IMG/VR virus record: IMGVR_UViG_3300010376_000011
Span: 1 to 57,131 of that record
Strand: one strand, 5' to 3'
DNA: 57,131 nucleotides
DNA from: a virus
This document shows, one piece after another, positions 17,378 through 25,900 of the stretch (positions are counted from its first letter, which is position 1; each line of letters starts with the position of its first letter). The notes beneath the pieces are model-generated. The model was not told where the DNA came from and searched no databases. It worked only from the letters and a program-made list of their open reading frames with translations. The position numbers and the translations under genes were made by a program.

Positions 17378-17526
17378 CCGGTTCCTTGCGCACGATCAGC
17401 GTGCGGCTCGCGCGCGCAGGCATGGGTGCGGTGGATTACTGGCTGAAGCTGCCTATCAAGGAAGTGTTGGAGTATATGAACGAGCTCGTCAGACAAGTGA
17501 ACGAAGATAACAAACCGCAGAAGTAA
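17332..17526 (+). CDS. -1 frame extension of the tail chaperone (gpE+E' / gpGT analogue); candidate slip site CUAAAAG at 17335-17341
   Basis: The -1 frame is open from 17332 to TAA 17524-17526 and encodes ...AVDYWLKLPIKEVLEYMNELVRQV; AAA can re-pair with AAA after a -1 shift. Confidence 0.45.
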   Translation, partial: SPKSLWQLAGRGQSVTGSLRTISVRLARAGMGAVDYWLKLPIKEVLEYMNELVRQVNEDNKPQK

Positions 17527-17530
17527 CAAG

Positions 17531-19444
17531 ATGGCTGCTGTTCACAAACAATACGAAGCTGATTTCGCGATTGGCGCGAAGCTGCTCGCGTCGTTCAAAG
17601 GCACGATGCGAGCAGCGCAAGCGCGCCTCAAGCAGTTAGAGACCGCGAGCAAACAAGTTCAGACTGCGGTTGGTGGCATCAGCAGCGCGTTCACGAATCT
17701 GATCGGCATCGCAGGCGCCTTCAGTGTCGCCGCGGTAATGAAAAAGGCACTTGATCTCGCGATCAAAGAGGAAGAACGCCTGAAGTCTATCCAAGTGCTG
17801 TTGTTGAAGAACAATCAGATCAGGGCAATGGGCGGCGGCGACATGAAGAAGGCACTCGCTTACGCGAAAGGTCAAGCTGAGTTGATCGAGAACAATAACA
17901 TCGCGCTCGCGAAGGAAGGCGTGCTGCGGAAAGACGTTTACGATGCGCTCGCGAAGCAGCTTGCACTAGGCGGTGTGCCAACAAAACAAATCATGCACTC
18001 AGTAGGCGCGATGGGTGATCTGCTTGTCGCGATCAAAGGCGTGAGCGCGAGCGAAGAGGATGCAGCAGAGTTCGCGCAAGCGATGAACAAAGCCATTTTC
18101 GGCGGCAAAGGTCGCGGGCTGCAAGCATACGGCATCTTCCTGCCGGAAGGCTGGAAAGATCAGTTCACAGATTATCAGTCGCGGCTCGATGATCTCATGC
18201 GGCGCATAGACTTCGCTCGCGGCGAGAGTATTCGCAGGGCAGCAGACTCGATAGGCCAGATCGCAGTCGCGCAGAAAAACATTGATACGTTGTATCATCA
18301 GCTTGGACACCTGCTGCTGCCAGTCGTGGGCGATCTCGCTCAGGACATGAGTGACTTCATCGCGGAAATGTCGAAGACCGAAAACATGCCAGTGATTTGG
18401 GACGCGCTAGTTCAAACGATTCGCGATTTCAAAGTTGAACTCTTTGGCGCGGACACTGCCACTAAGCAACTGAAAGAATCTCTCGGCACAGCCTTTGGCA
18501 AATGGCTTGCCGACGAGTTGAAAAGCGATCTGCAAACACTCCAAGACATCAAAGCAGTATTGGTTTGGCTCAGGGATTGGGGCACCAAATCGAATCAGCG
18601 ATTCCGCGATCTGCATCACATGCCGAAGAAAGGTCCGTTGTCGAACTTTTGGGATCCAAGCGTTGATATTTGGGGACACAAGGTTGATCCGAATCTCGCG
18701 CCGCACTGGCCGTGGGACGCGAAGCGCGCGACACCCACGCCGCCACCATATTCAGGCGCGCCTGCGCCCAGTGCTGGTCTGCCGACAGGGCACGTTACAT
18801 GGGGCTCTAACGTTGCGCCAACGGCTGCGGCAGCAGCGGCTACAGGCACGCTCGCGAATGTCGCAGCGAGCGCGAAGCTTGAGCCTTACAAAAAGATTTT
18901 CGAAGAGGCAGGCGCGCAGTATGGAATTGACCCGCGCCTACTGATGGCCATCGCGCAGCAGGAGAATGTGGCAGGGCGCGATTTGAATCCGCTCGGCATT
19001 TCACCAGGCGGCGGCGGACCGACGCACTTCGCAGATATGGAAGCAGCGCGCGCAGGAATCTTCCGGCAAGTCGAACTCATGTCGCGTGGCATCTATCAAG
19101 GGAAAGGTCCGTATGCGAAGGCGCGCACGCTCGCTGAGCTTGCGCAGATTTACTCACCGATCGGCGCATCGAATGATGTTTACGGCACGAATGCCAGCGA
19201 GCTTTCAGGCTGGCAAGCTGCGCTCGCGAGAATGGGCGCAGATCCAAACATGATGCTGCGCAGCGGCGGCGACACGCATCACTACAATTTCACTCCGAGC
19301 ATCATCATCCACGGCGACGCCACAGACGAAGCTCAGCGCAGCATGAGCACGCGCCTGCGCGATCACATGAATGATTTTGTCGATCAATTCAAGGCGGCTC
19401 AATATCAGGCAAGGCGCTTGTCGTATGAAGGTGGCTATTCCTAG
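17531..19444 (+). CDS. Tape measure protein with a C-terminal lytic transglycosylase (SLT)-like domain
   Basis: 637 aa, helical N-terminal two-thirds; C-terminus FEEAGAQYGIDPRLLMAIAQQENVAG resembles the SLT catalytic motif. Confidence 0.85.
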   Translation: MAAVHKQYEADFAIGAKLLASFKGTMRAAQARLKQLETASKQVQTAVGGISSAFTNLIGIAGAFSVAAVMKKALDLAIKEEERLKSIQVLLLKNNQIRAMGGGDMKKALAYAKGQAELIENNNIALAKEGVLRKDVYDALAKQLALGGVPTKQIMHSVGAMGDLLVAIKGVSASEEDAAEFAQAMNKAIFGGKGRGLQAYGIFLPEGWKDQFTDYQSRLDDLMRRIDFARGESIRRAADSIGQIAVAQKNIDTLYHQLGHLLLPVVGDLAQDMSDFIAEMSKTENMPVIWDALVQTIRDFKVELFGADTATKQLKESLGTAFGKWLADELKSDLQTLQDIKAVLVWLRDWGTKSNQRFRDLHHMPKKGPLSNFWDPSVDIWGHKVDPNLAPHWPWDAKRATPTPPPYSGAPAPSAGLPTGHVTWGSNVAPTAAAAAATGTLANVAASAKLEPYKKIFEEAGAQYGIDPRLLMAIAQQENVAGRDLNPLGISPGGGGPTHFADMEAARAGIFRQVELMSRGIYQGKGPYAKARTLAELAQIYSPIGASNDVYGTNASELSGWQAALARMGADPNMMLRSGGDTHHYNFTPSIIIHGDATDEAQRSMSTRLRDHMNDFVDQFKAAQYQARRLSYEGGYS

Positions 19445-19772
19445 ACTCACACCTTCGCCCGTTCCACCGACACCGACTGGGAATGGCTCGATTGGCACAC
19501 CGCCACCGCCGACGCCAGTTTACTCGACTGCGCTGCCAGCAGGCGACGCGATCTATGTCACTGTTCAAGGCGACTGGTGGGACTTGATCGCGCTCAAAGT
19601 GTATGGAATGCAGCGCGGCAATGAGCACCTGATGTATCGCTTGCTGGAAGAGAACTACCGCATCGCGCATATCGTGCAGTTCTCAGGCGGCATCAAAGTC
19701 GCTGTGCCACCGATTGATATTGTGACTGAAATTCCGCTAGTGCCGTGGAAGTCGGCAACCATCACGCCATGA
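19425..19772 (+). CDS. Tail protein X (P2 gpX-like, LysM-like)
   Basis: Internal ATG 19425; YVTVQGDWWDLIALKVYG..LMYRLLEENYRI..GIKVAVPP matches the gpX pattern. Confidence 0.7.
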   Translation: MKVAIPRLTPSPVPPTPTGNGSIGTPPPPTPVYSTALPAGDAIYVTVQGDWWDLIALKVYGMQRGNEHLMYRLLEENYRIAHIVQFSGGIKVAVPPIDIVTEIPLVPWKSATITP

Positions 19773-20926
19773 TCGGGCAAGTCCGCACAGCGCATCCGTC
19801 GATCATGCTGAATGGCTTTGAGTATTTCAACAAGCTTGAGCCTTACTTTGTTTCGATGGCATATGTTGACAGCGCAGACGGCCAGACAGCAGACGACTTG
19901 CACTTGCAGCTTGCAGATCGCGACAATCGTTTCATCAGCGACTGGATGCCAGGCAAAGGCGTGTTCCTTGACGTGGGAATTGTCGCCGAGCAATGGTATT
20001 CGCCGAACGCGGTTGCACTAAATCTCGATTGCGGCCGGCTGTGGATTGACGAGATCGAGTTCGAACTTCCACAGCACACAGTTTCGATTAAAGCGAGCTC
20101 GATTCCGACGAGCTCCTACTTGAAGGCGACAGATCAAGCGCGCGGCTGGGACAACACTACGCTGATGAAGCTTGCGCAGCAGATCGTTGATGAGAACAAG
20201 GCAGCAGGCCTGACGCTCGATTATGAAGCGCAATACAATCCGTCTTACTCGCGCATCGAGCAGACTGAGCAGAGCAGCTTGGAATTCCTGATGCACAGAT
20301 GCCGCGACGCGGGACTGGCGATCAAGCTGCATCGCGGAAAGCTTGTGATCTTCGATGAGGCAGTGATCGAAGCGACTGCGCCTTCCTTCTCAATCGTGTT
20401 TGGACAACTGGCAGCAGCGCCAGGCATGAGATGCTTTCGGATGAGCGGCGGCAAATTCACGACGCGCCTGATTGACACAATGAAGCAAGTGACGGTCTCG
20501 CATGTCGATCCAGCGAGCGGCAAAGCGCACTACGAGACTGCGATTGCGGGCGACGCTGATGCGGCAGACGATTGGCACACGAACGTCAATCAAGCCACTG
20601 ATGAACAAGACGAAGAGGATGGTGGCAGTGATGATGGCGGCGATACTCGCGATGATGCAGGAGCAGCAGACAGTTGGAGCGGCGCGGGAGCTTCCGCGAG
20701 CGATCAGCGACTCGCAAAGGCAAAGCTTCGGCATCACAACAAAGATCAGGTCCACGCGCAGATTGATCTGTCGATAGGCTGTCCGCTCATCGCATCTGGA
20801 CAAACATTTCTGCTTGTGGGTGTCGGCAATTATGATGGCAAGTGGTTCGCTGAAAAGATCGAGCACAAGTGCGGCCCAATGTTCACAACCTCATTAACGG
20901 CGCGAAAGTGCCTTGTCGGATATTGA
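19769..20926 (+). CDS. Tail/baseplate hub protein, P2 gpD-like, with an acidic insertion
   Basis: ATG 19769 overlaps the gpX stop (ATGA); size and synteny; acidic stretch DEQDEEDGGSDDGGDTRDD. Confidence 0.75.
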   Translation: MIGQVRTAHPSIMLNGFEYFNKLEPYFVSMAYVDSADGQTADDLHLQLADRDNRFISDWMPGKGVFLDVGIVAEQWYSPNAVALNLDCGRLWIDEIEFELPQHTVSIKASSIPTSSYLKATDQARGWDNTTLMKLAQQIVDENKAAGLTLDYEAQYNPSYSRIEQTEQSSLEFLMHRCRDAGLAIKLHRGKLVIFDEAVIEATAPSFSIVFGQLAAAPGMRCFRMSGGKFTTRLIDTMKQVTVSHVDPASGKAHYETAIAGDADAADDWHTNVNQATDEQDEEDGGSDDGGDTRDDAGAADSWSGAGASASDQRLAKAKLRHHNKDQVHAQIDLSIGCPLIASGQTFLLVGVGNYDGKWFAEKIEHKCGPMFTTSLTARKCLVGY

Positions 20927-20930
20927 ACTC

Positions 20931-21671
20931 ATGGCACTCAAACCGCTGCTCGATCAAACCGACTTCATCAAAGGTTGGGACAAGCGATTCGCGACGTCTG
21001 TTGTAATCGGTTTCGTTTCAAAGATCGAGTGTGATTCGAAGCACGCGAACGTGCGCGTGATCTTGCCTGATCGCAAAGACCATAACGGCACGCCACTCAT
21101 CACGCGCGCCATTCCAGTGATGCAAGTTGCATCAGCAGCGAAGCGCAGCTTTGCAATTCCGCGGCTCGGCACTCCTGTGCTGCTCGCGAAGCTGCCGAAC
21201 TCGACAAGCGATTACATGGTCGTCGGAAGTTTCTACACTCCGACAAAGCCGCCGCCAGTCACTGATCCGAAGCTCGACTACACAATTTACGATGATGGCA
21301 GCGTGATTAAGATCGACGCGAATGACGGCGCGAGCGTCACGCTCACTTGGGATTTCAAAGGCGGCATCACGATCACGACTCAGAAGGATATCAACATCAA
21401 CGCGCAGAACGGGAGCAAAGTCACTGTGATCGCAGACAGCGACATCGCGCTCAATTCAACTGGCGGCAAAGCGATCATCACAGCAAACGAGATCGACTTG
21501 AACGGCGATGTGGTTCACACTGGCAACATGACGACAAGCGGGATCCATAACGCAGCAGACGGCCCGCACTCCTCATGCGGTCTCGCGGAAGCTGACAGCG
21601 CGCTCGATGAACGCATCAAGGCACTTGAGGCTCGCATCGCGCAACTGGAAAGGAGAATCAGCTTAGCGTGA
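20931..21671 (+). CDS. Baseplate central spike, gpV/Mu gp45-like (OB-fold, beta-helix, coiled coil)
   Basis: VVIGFVSKIE..ANVRVILPD..PLITRAIPVM..RLGTPVLLAKL..MVVGSFY; repeats ITITTQKDININAQNGSKVTVIADS; alternative TTG start at 20913. Confidence 0.8.
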   Translation: MALKPLLDQTDFIKGWDKRFATSVVIGFVSKIECDSKHANVRVILPDRKDHNGTPLITRAIPVMQVASAAKRSFAIPRLGTPVLLAKLPNSTSDYMVVGSFYTPTKPPPVTDPKLDYTIYDDGSVIKIDANDGASVTLTWDFKGGITITTQKDININAQNGSKVTVIADSDIALNSTGGKAIITANEIDLNGDVVHTGNMTTSGIHNAADGPHSSCGLAEADSALDERIKALEARIAQLERRISLA

Positions 21672-21686
21672 AAACACGCTAAGCTG
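21659..21686 (+). terminator. Conserved 28-bp hairpin, copy 2 (CAGCTTAGCGTG-AAAA-CACGCTAAGCTG) followed by TTTTGCC
   Basis: Perfect 12-bp stem; contains the gpV stop codon (TGA 21669-21671); ends 7 nt before the gpU ATG. Confidence 0.65.
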
Positions 21687-21693
21687 TTTTGCC

Positions 21694-22164
21694 ATGGAAG
21701 GAATTTACGGAGCGATCATCTTCGGGAAAGCGCAAGGCCGGATTCACACCTTCTCTGGCATCACGCGCAAGTATACTGGCCGCTATGGTTCGCACATGGT
21801 TCATCTTCGCAAGCCGTTACTCGAGTGGGCTGGCAACGATCTTCTCAAGATCAGTATGAAGATCAGCCTCAACGCGAGCTGGTGCGGAGATCCGCTGCCG
21901 CTGCTCGCGCAATGGCACTTCTTCCATGAGAACGCAATCATGGCGCCGCTGATCGTGGGCGGCAAACCGATGGGGCCTGGCCTTTCGTTGTTCGTGATTA
22001 CTGATCTCGCCGAAGAGCACAAGTATTGGCTGAGCGGCGGCAAGCTGATCGGAGTCGATCTCGATGTGCAGTTCGCGGAATACATTCCATTCACGGAAGG
22101 CTTGCTGTCGCAACTTGGTCTGCCTGGGTTCGCAACAGGATTCATCGGAGCAGGAGCAATATGA
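21694..22164 (+). CDS. Tail protein gpU-like (P2 GpU family)
   Basis: IIFGKAQGRIHTFSGITRKYTGRYGSHMVHLRKPLLEWAGNDLLKISMKISL and PLIVGGKPMG..VITDL match the GpU pattern. Confidence 0.75.
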   Translation: MEGIYGAIIFGKAQGRIHTFSGITRKYTGRYGSHMVHLRKPLLEWAGNDLLKISMKISLNASWCGDPLPLLAQWHFFHENAIMAPLIVGGKPMGPGLSLFVITDLAEEHKYWLSGGKLIGVDLDVQFAEYIPFTEGLLSQLGLPGFATGFIGAGAI

Positions 22165-22925
22165 TCACGCCTGCAATATCAGCACTCGACGTGAACTGGC
22201 GGCTGCAATTCGCAGATGCAGACGGCTTCCCGCTGAACATGGCGAGCTTCGCCAAAATTGATTTCGGCGCGATCAGCTACAAAGAGATTTTCCAGAACGT
22301 CAAAACAATCCTGACTACGCCTTTATTCAGCGCCGCGCTTGAACGCTTGCTCGGCATTGATTCGTCGATTGTCGATCTGCCGATCAATCGAGCAGCAGAG
22401 GCGACAGTAGCGATCATCGACGCGATCTACTTTTGGGAACCGCGCGCAAAAGTCGTGGACATTCAGTTTGACGCTTCTGATGCGCTCAACGGTCACTTGA
22501 TCGTCAATCTGGCATTGCAGATTCGCAACGTAATTTTTGGAACCGACACGCCTTACACAGCAACGTCGATTCCGATCACGCCGCCAACTGTAATTCCAAC
22601 AACACCAGAACCACCTATGCCACCATCAGTCGGAACTCCGCCAACGCCCGTCGCTGCGGTGTATCATTACGAGATCACCTGCTTGCGGGATAATGTTTAC
22701 ACCAAGCCTTCACTCGCGAGCATCCCGACACTCGGGCTGCCGATCAAGACCTTGTTCACGATCGTGATTGATCCTGACGCTGAGACAGGCACTCCATCAG
22801 GCATCATGGAAGAGCAGAACTGGTATATCAAGAGCGGCGCTGCTGATCCGGCGAATCCTGGGCACGTCGATCCGAATGACTCTGACGCAACAACAAATCC
22901 CAAATACTGGGCAAAGGTAGATTAA
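22161..22925 (+). CDS. Baseplate wedge protein, gp25/gpW-like, with a Pro-rich C-terminal extension
   Basis: Internal ATG 22161 (ATGA overlap); IFQNVKTILTTPLFSAALERLLGIDSSIVDLP..IIDAIYFWEPRAKV matches the GPW_gp25 pattern. Confidence 0.75.
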   Translation: MITPAISALDVNWRLQFADADGFPLNMASFAKIDFGAISYKEIFQNVKTILTTPLFSAALERLLGIDSSIVDLPINRAAEATVAIIDAIYFWEPRAKVVDIQFDASDALNGHLIVNLALQIRNVIFGTDTPYTATSIPITPPTVIPTTPEPPMPPSVGTPPTPVAAVYHYEITCLRDNVYTKPSLASIPTLGLPIKTLFTIVIDPDAETGTPSGIMEEQNWYIKSGAADPANPGHVDPNDSDATTNPKYWAKVD

Positions 22926-22926
22926 C

Positions 22927-25900
22927 ATGAAAAAACTATTACTCGCGCTGCTGCTCGCAGCATCAACCGCACTAGGGCAAACCGACACGATCAAATTCCG
23001 CACTGACAATCATGCGGTGAAAAAGCCGCCAGCCATTCCGAGCGGTGTCGATTATGACTTCACTGGACTGAATGTGATCGGCCTCACCGTCACAGGTGGT
23101 GGCGGCGGCACATCAACGCCAGGTGGCTCGAACGGGCAACTGCAATACAACAATGGCGGCACTGCTTTCGGTGGCATTCCATCGCTGACTTGGGATGGCA
23201 CACAAATTCTCGCGCAAGCGGGAGCGAAGTTCACGTTACAGGATCCGCTGACTTCGACAAAGCAGATTCAGTTCAATCTTGCTGCGATCAGCGGACTCAA
23301 AACTATCACAATGCCAAATCTAAGTGGCACAATCGCGCTGCTCGATCCGACCACGCCACCGAGCGCAGGGCACATCGCGACATGGACAACCAGCGCGACT
23401 CTCGGTAACGGCGACTTGAACGGACCTGTCTCGACAAGTGGCACGATGACAACTGTGATTTCGAACAACGCGATCTCGACTGCGCATATCACAGACGGTT
23501 CGGTGACGCTGCCCAAGCTCGCTGACATGAGCGGTGGCGGTGTCGTGATCGGCCGTATGCCGCCCGGCACCGGTCCGCCAAGCGAAGTAACCACAGCGAA
23601 CTGGGACACTGCTTTCACTGATCGCTTGAAATGGGATGGCGGCCCAAGTGCGCTAGTGCCGGCGACAGGTCGCGGAAGTCTCGGCGCGACAACAGTTGGC
23701 GGTAACATCTTTACGCTGCCAAATCCGAGCGCGATCAGCTTCCTCAAAGTCAACGCTGACAATTCGATGGCGACTGAATCAGCGACGACTCATCTCACAT
23801 CGCTAGGCGGCACGACTGTCGGGCGTGGCATCTTCACGGTCGGCAATCCGAGCGCGATCACGTTCCTTCGAATCAATGCTGATAACTCAGTCTCGCTGCT
23901 GAGCAACGCAAACTTCAAGCTCGCACTATCGTTCACTCCCGCTGATGTAGGTCTCGGCAGCGTCACGAACGACGCGCAGATCAAGGCGAGCGATTTTCCT
24001 TCATCGGTGACGAGCGGGCAGATGGTGACGTTCAACGGCACGGGCGGCAAGTCAGTTCAAGCTTCAACTGTGTCAGGGATGCTCAAGGCAACCAGTGGCG
24101 TTGTCGCGCCTGCCGTGCTTGGCACTGATTACTGGAATGGAACAACGTTCTCAAGCTCGACCGGAGCAAATCAAAAAGGTCTTGTTCCAGACCCAGGCCC
24201 GATATCAGGCACTGGCAGCCGATTCCTGCGCGATGATGGTTTATGGGTAGCGAGCGGGGCATTGATTGACGCTGATAAAGGCGACATCACAGTGAGCGGC
24301 ACTGGCAGTGTTTGGACGATTGACAACGCTGCCGTGACCTATGCCAAGATGCAGACTGTAACCCCTCAGGTTTTGTTAGGCCGCACATCATTCGGCCCAG
24401 GCCCGCCACAAGAGATCACCGTCGGCTCAGGACTCTCGTTGCTTGGCACGACGCTTACTGCGACAGGCGCAGGCAGCGGGAATGTCAGCAATAGTGGCAC
24501 GCCGACCGCAGACCAATTGCCGATTTGGGTTGACTCGACGCACATCAAAGGCGTCACAGCGATCAAAGGTGGCGCGACAAATACGTTTCTGAAAAAGAAC
24601 AGTGCTGCTGATTACGATTGGATTTGGGCAACGCCGACGATCAATACAATCACAGACCCGACAACGCCGAGCAAGCAGTTGGTCTTTGACATTCATCTTT
24701 TCGCTCCATCGACGACTTGGACAGTGACACCGCCGCAAGCTAATTCAGTCACGATCATTCCGCTCGCGCTTGGCACAGTCGCTACAGGCACAGCGACACA
24801 ACCGATGATCTGCAAAGGTGTGAACGGTGACGGCTCGCTTGCGTTCGGCTATCAAGATTCAACGACGAACTCGCTCACTGCTGACAAGACAGATTGGAAT
24901 CTGAACGGCAACACGCAAGTGCTTCAACGCTGGAGCGGCACAGCAGCGCGCAACATCAATAGCTTTTCCCTCGGGCAAGGTGCGACGAGTGGCGACGGAA
25001 TGACGTTCTGGATTACCAACACAGGAACGTTCGCGCTGACGCTCAAGCATGAAAGCGCGACTGGCACTACTGCTGCCAATAAGATTCACAGTGGCACTGG
25101 CGCAGACATTGTGCTCGCGCAAGATCAGCAGGCACTCATCACATACGATTCTGCATTGCAGCGATGGCGCGCGTATCCGATCGGGCAGGGCGGTGGTGGC
25201 GGTGGCATCACAGCACTGACAGGCGACGTGACTGCAAGCGGCACAGGCTCAGTGACAGCGACGATTGCCAATAACGCGGTGACGTATGCCAAGATGCAGA
25301 ATGTGTCCGCGCTCGGAGTGCTGTTAGGTCGCGGCACGCTCAGCACAGGGCCGCCGCAAGAAATCACTCTTGGCACAGGTCTTGGAATGACTGGCGCTGT
25401 GCTTAACCCAATTGACTTTGTTGCATCAGGCGCGAGCCACGCGCACGGCGCTGTGCCGGATCCAGGCGCGACAGCAGGCACGACTCGATTCCTGCGCGAA
25501 GATTCAACATGGGCGACACCAGCTGGCGGTGGCGGCAGCGCGCCGGGCGGCTCGGCAGGCTCGCTGCAATATCAAGTCAACTCGACAACCTTCGGCGGCA
25601 TGGGCACTTACTCGACTGATGGCACGACGATAACAGCAGGCGCATCAGGCGTGCTCAATCTTGCAGCGCAGACGGGCGCGAACTCTTTTCTCCCGCCTTC
25701 GATTGCAGGCGCTGCTCCGACTACAGCCGGCGCGCTCGTATTCGATTCTACAGCGCAGCAATTCCGACAAGGCACTGCTACCGTCGCGCGCTATCTGGCG
25801 ACGCGCGATGGCGGTGAGACACTTTCCAACAAGACGATTGATAACACGAACGCGATCAATCAATACGTCACGATCACTAACATGGTCGCGCCTGCTGCTT

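Noticed and set aside
25188-25205. Gly-codon run (ggcggtggtggcggtggc) and the Pro-Thr codon repeat (10264-10326) as regulatory simple-sequence repeats
   Set aside because: Both are in-frame linkers inside long ORFs. The units are imperfect. There is no evidence for phase variation from a single sequence.
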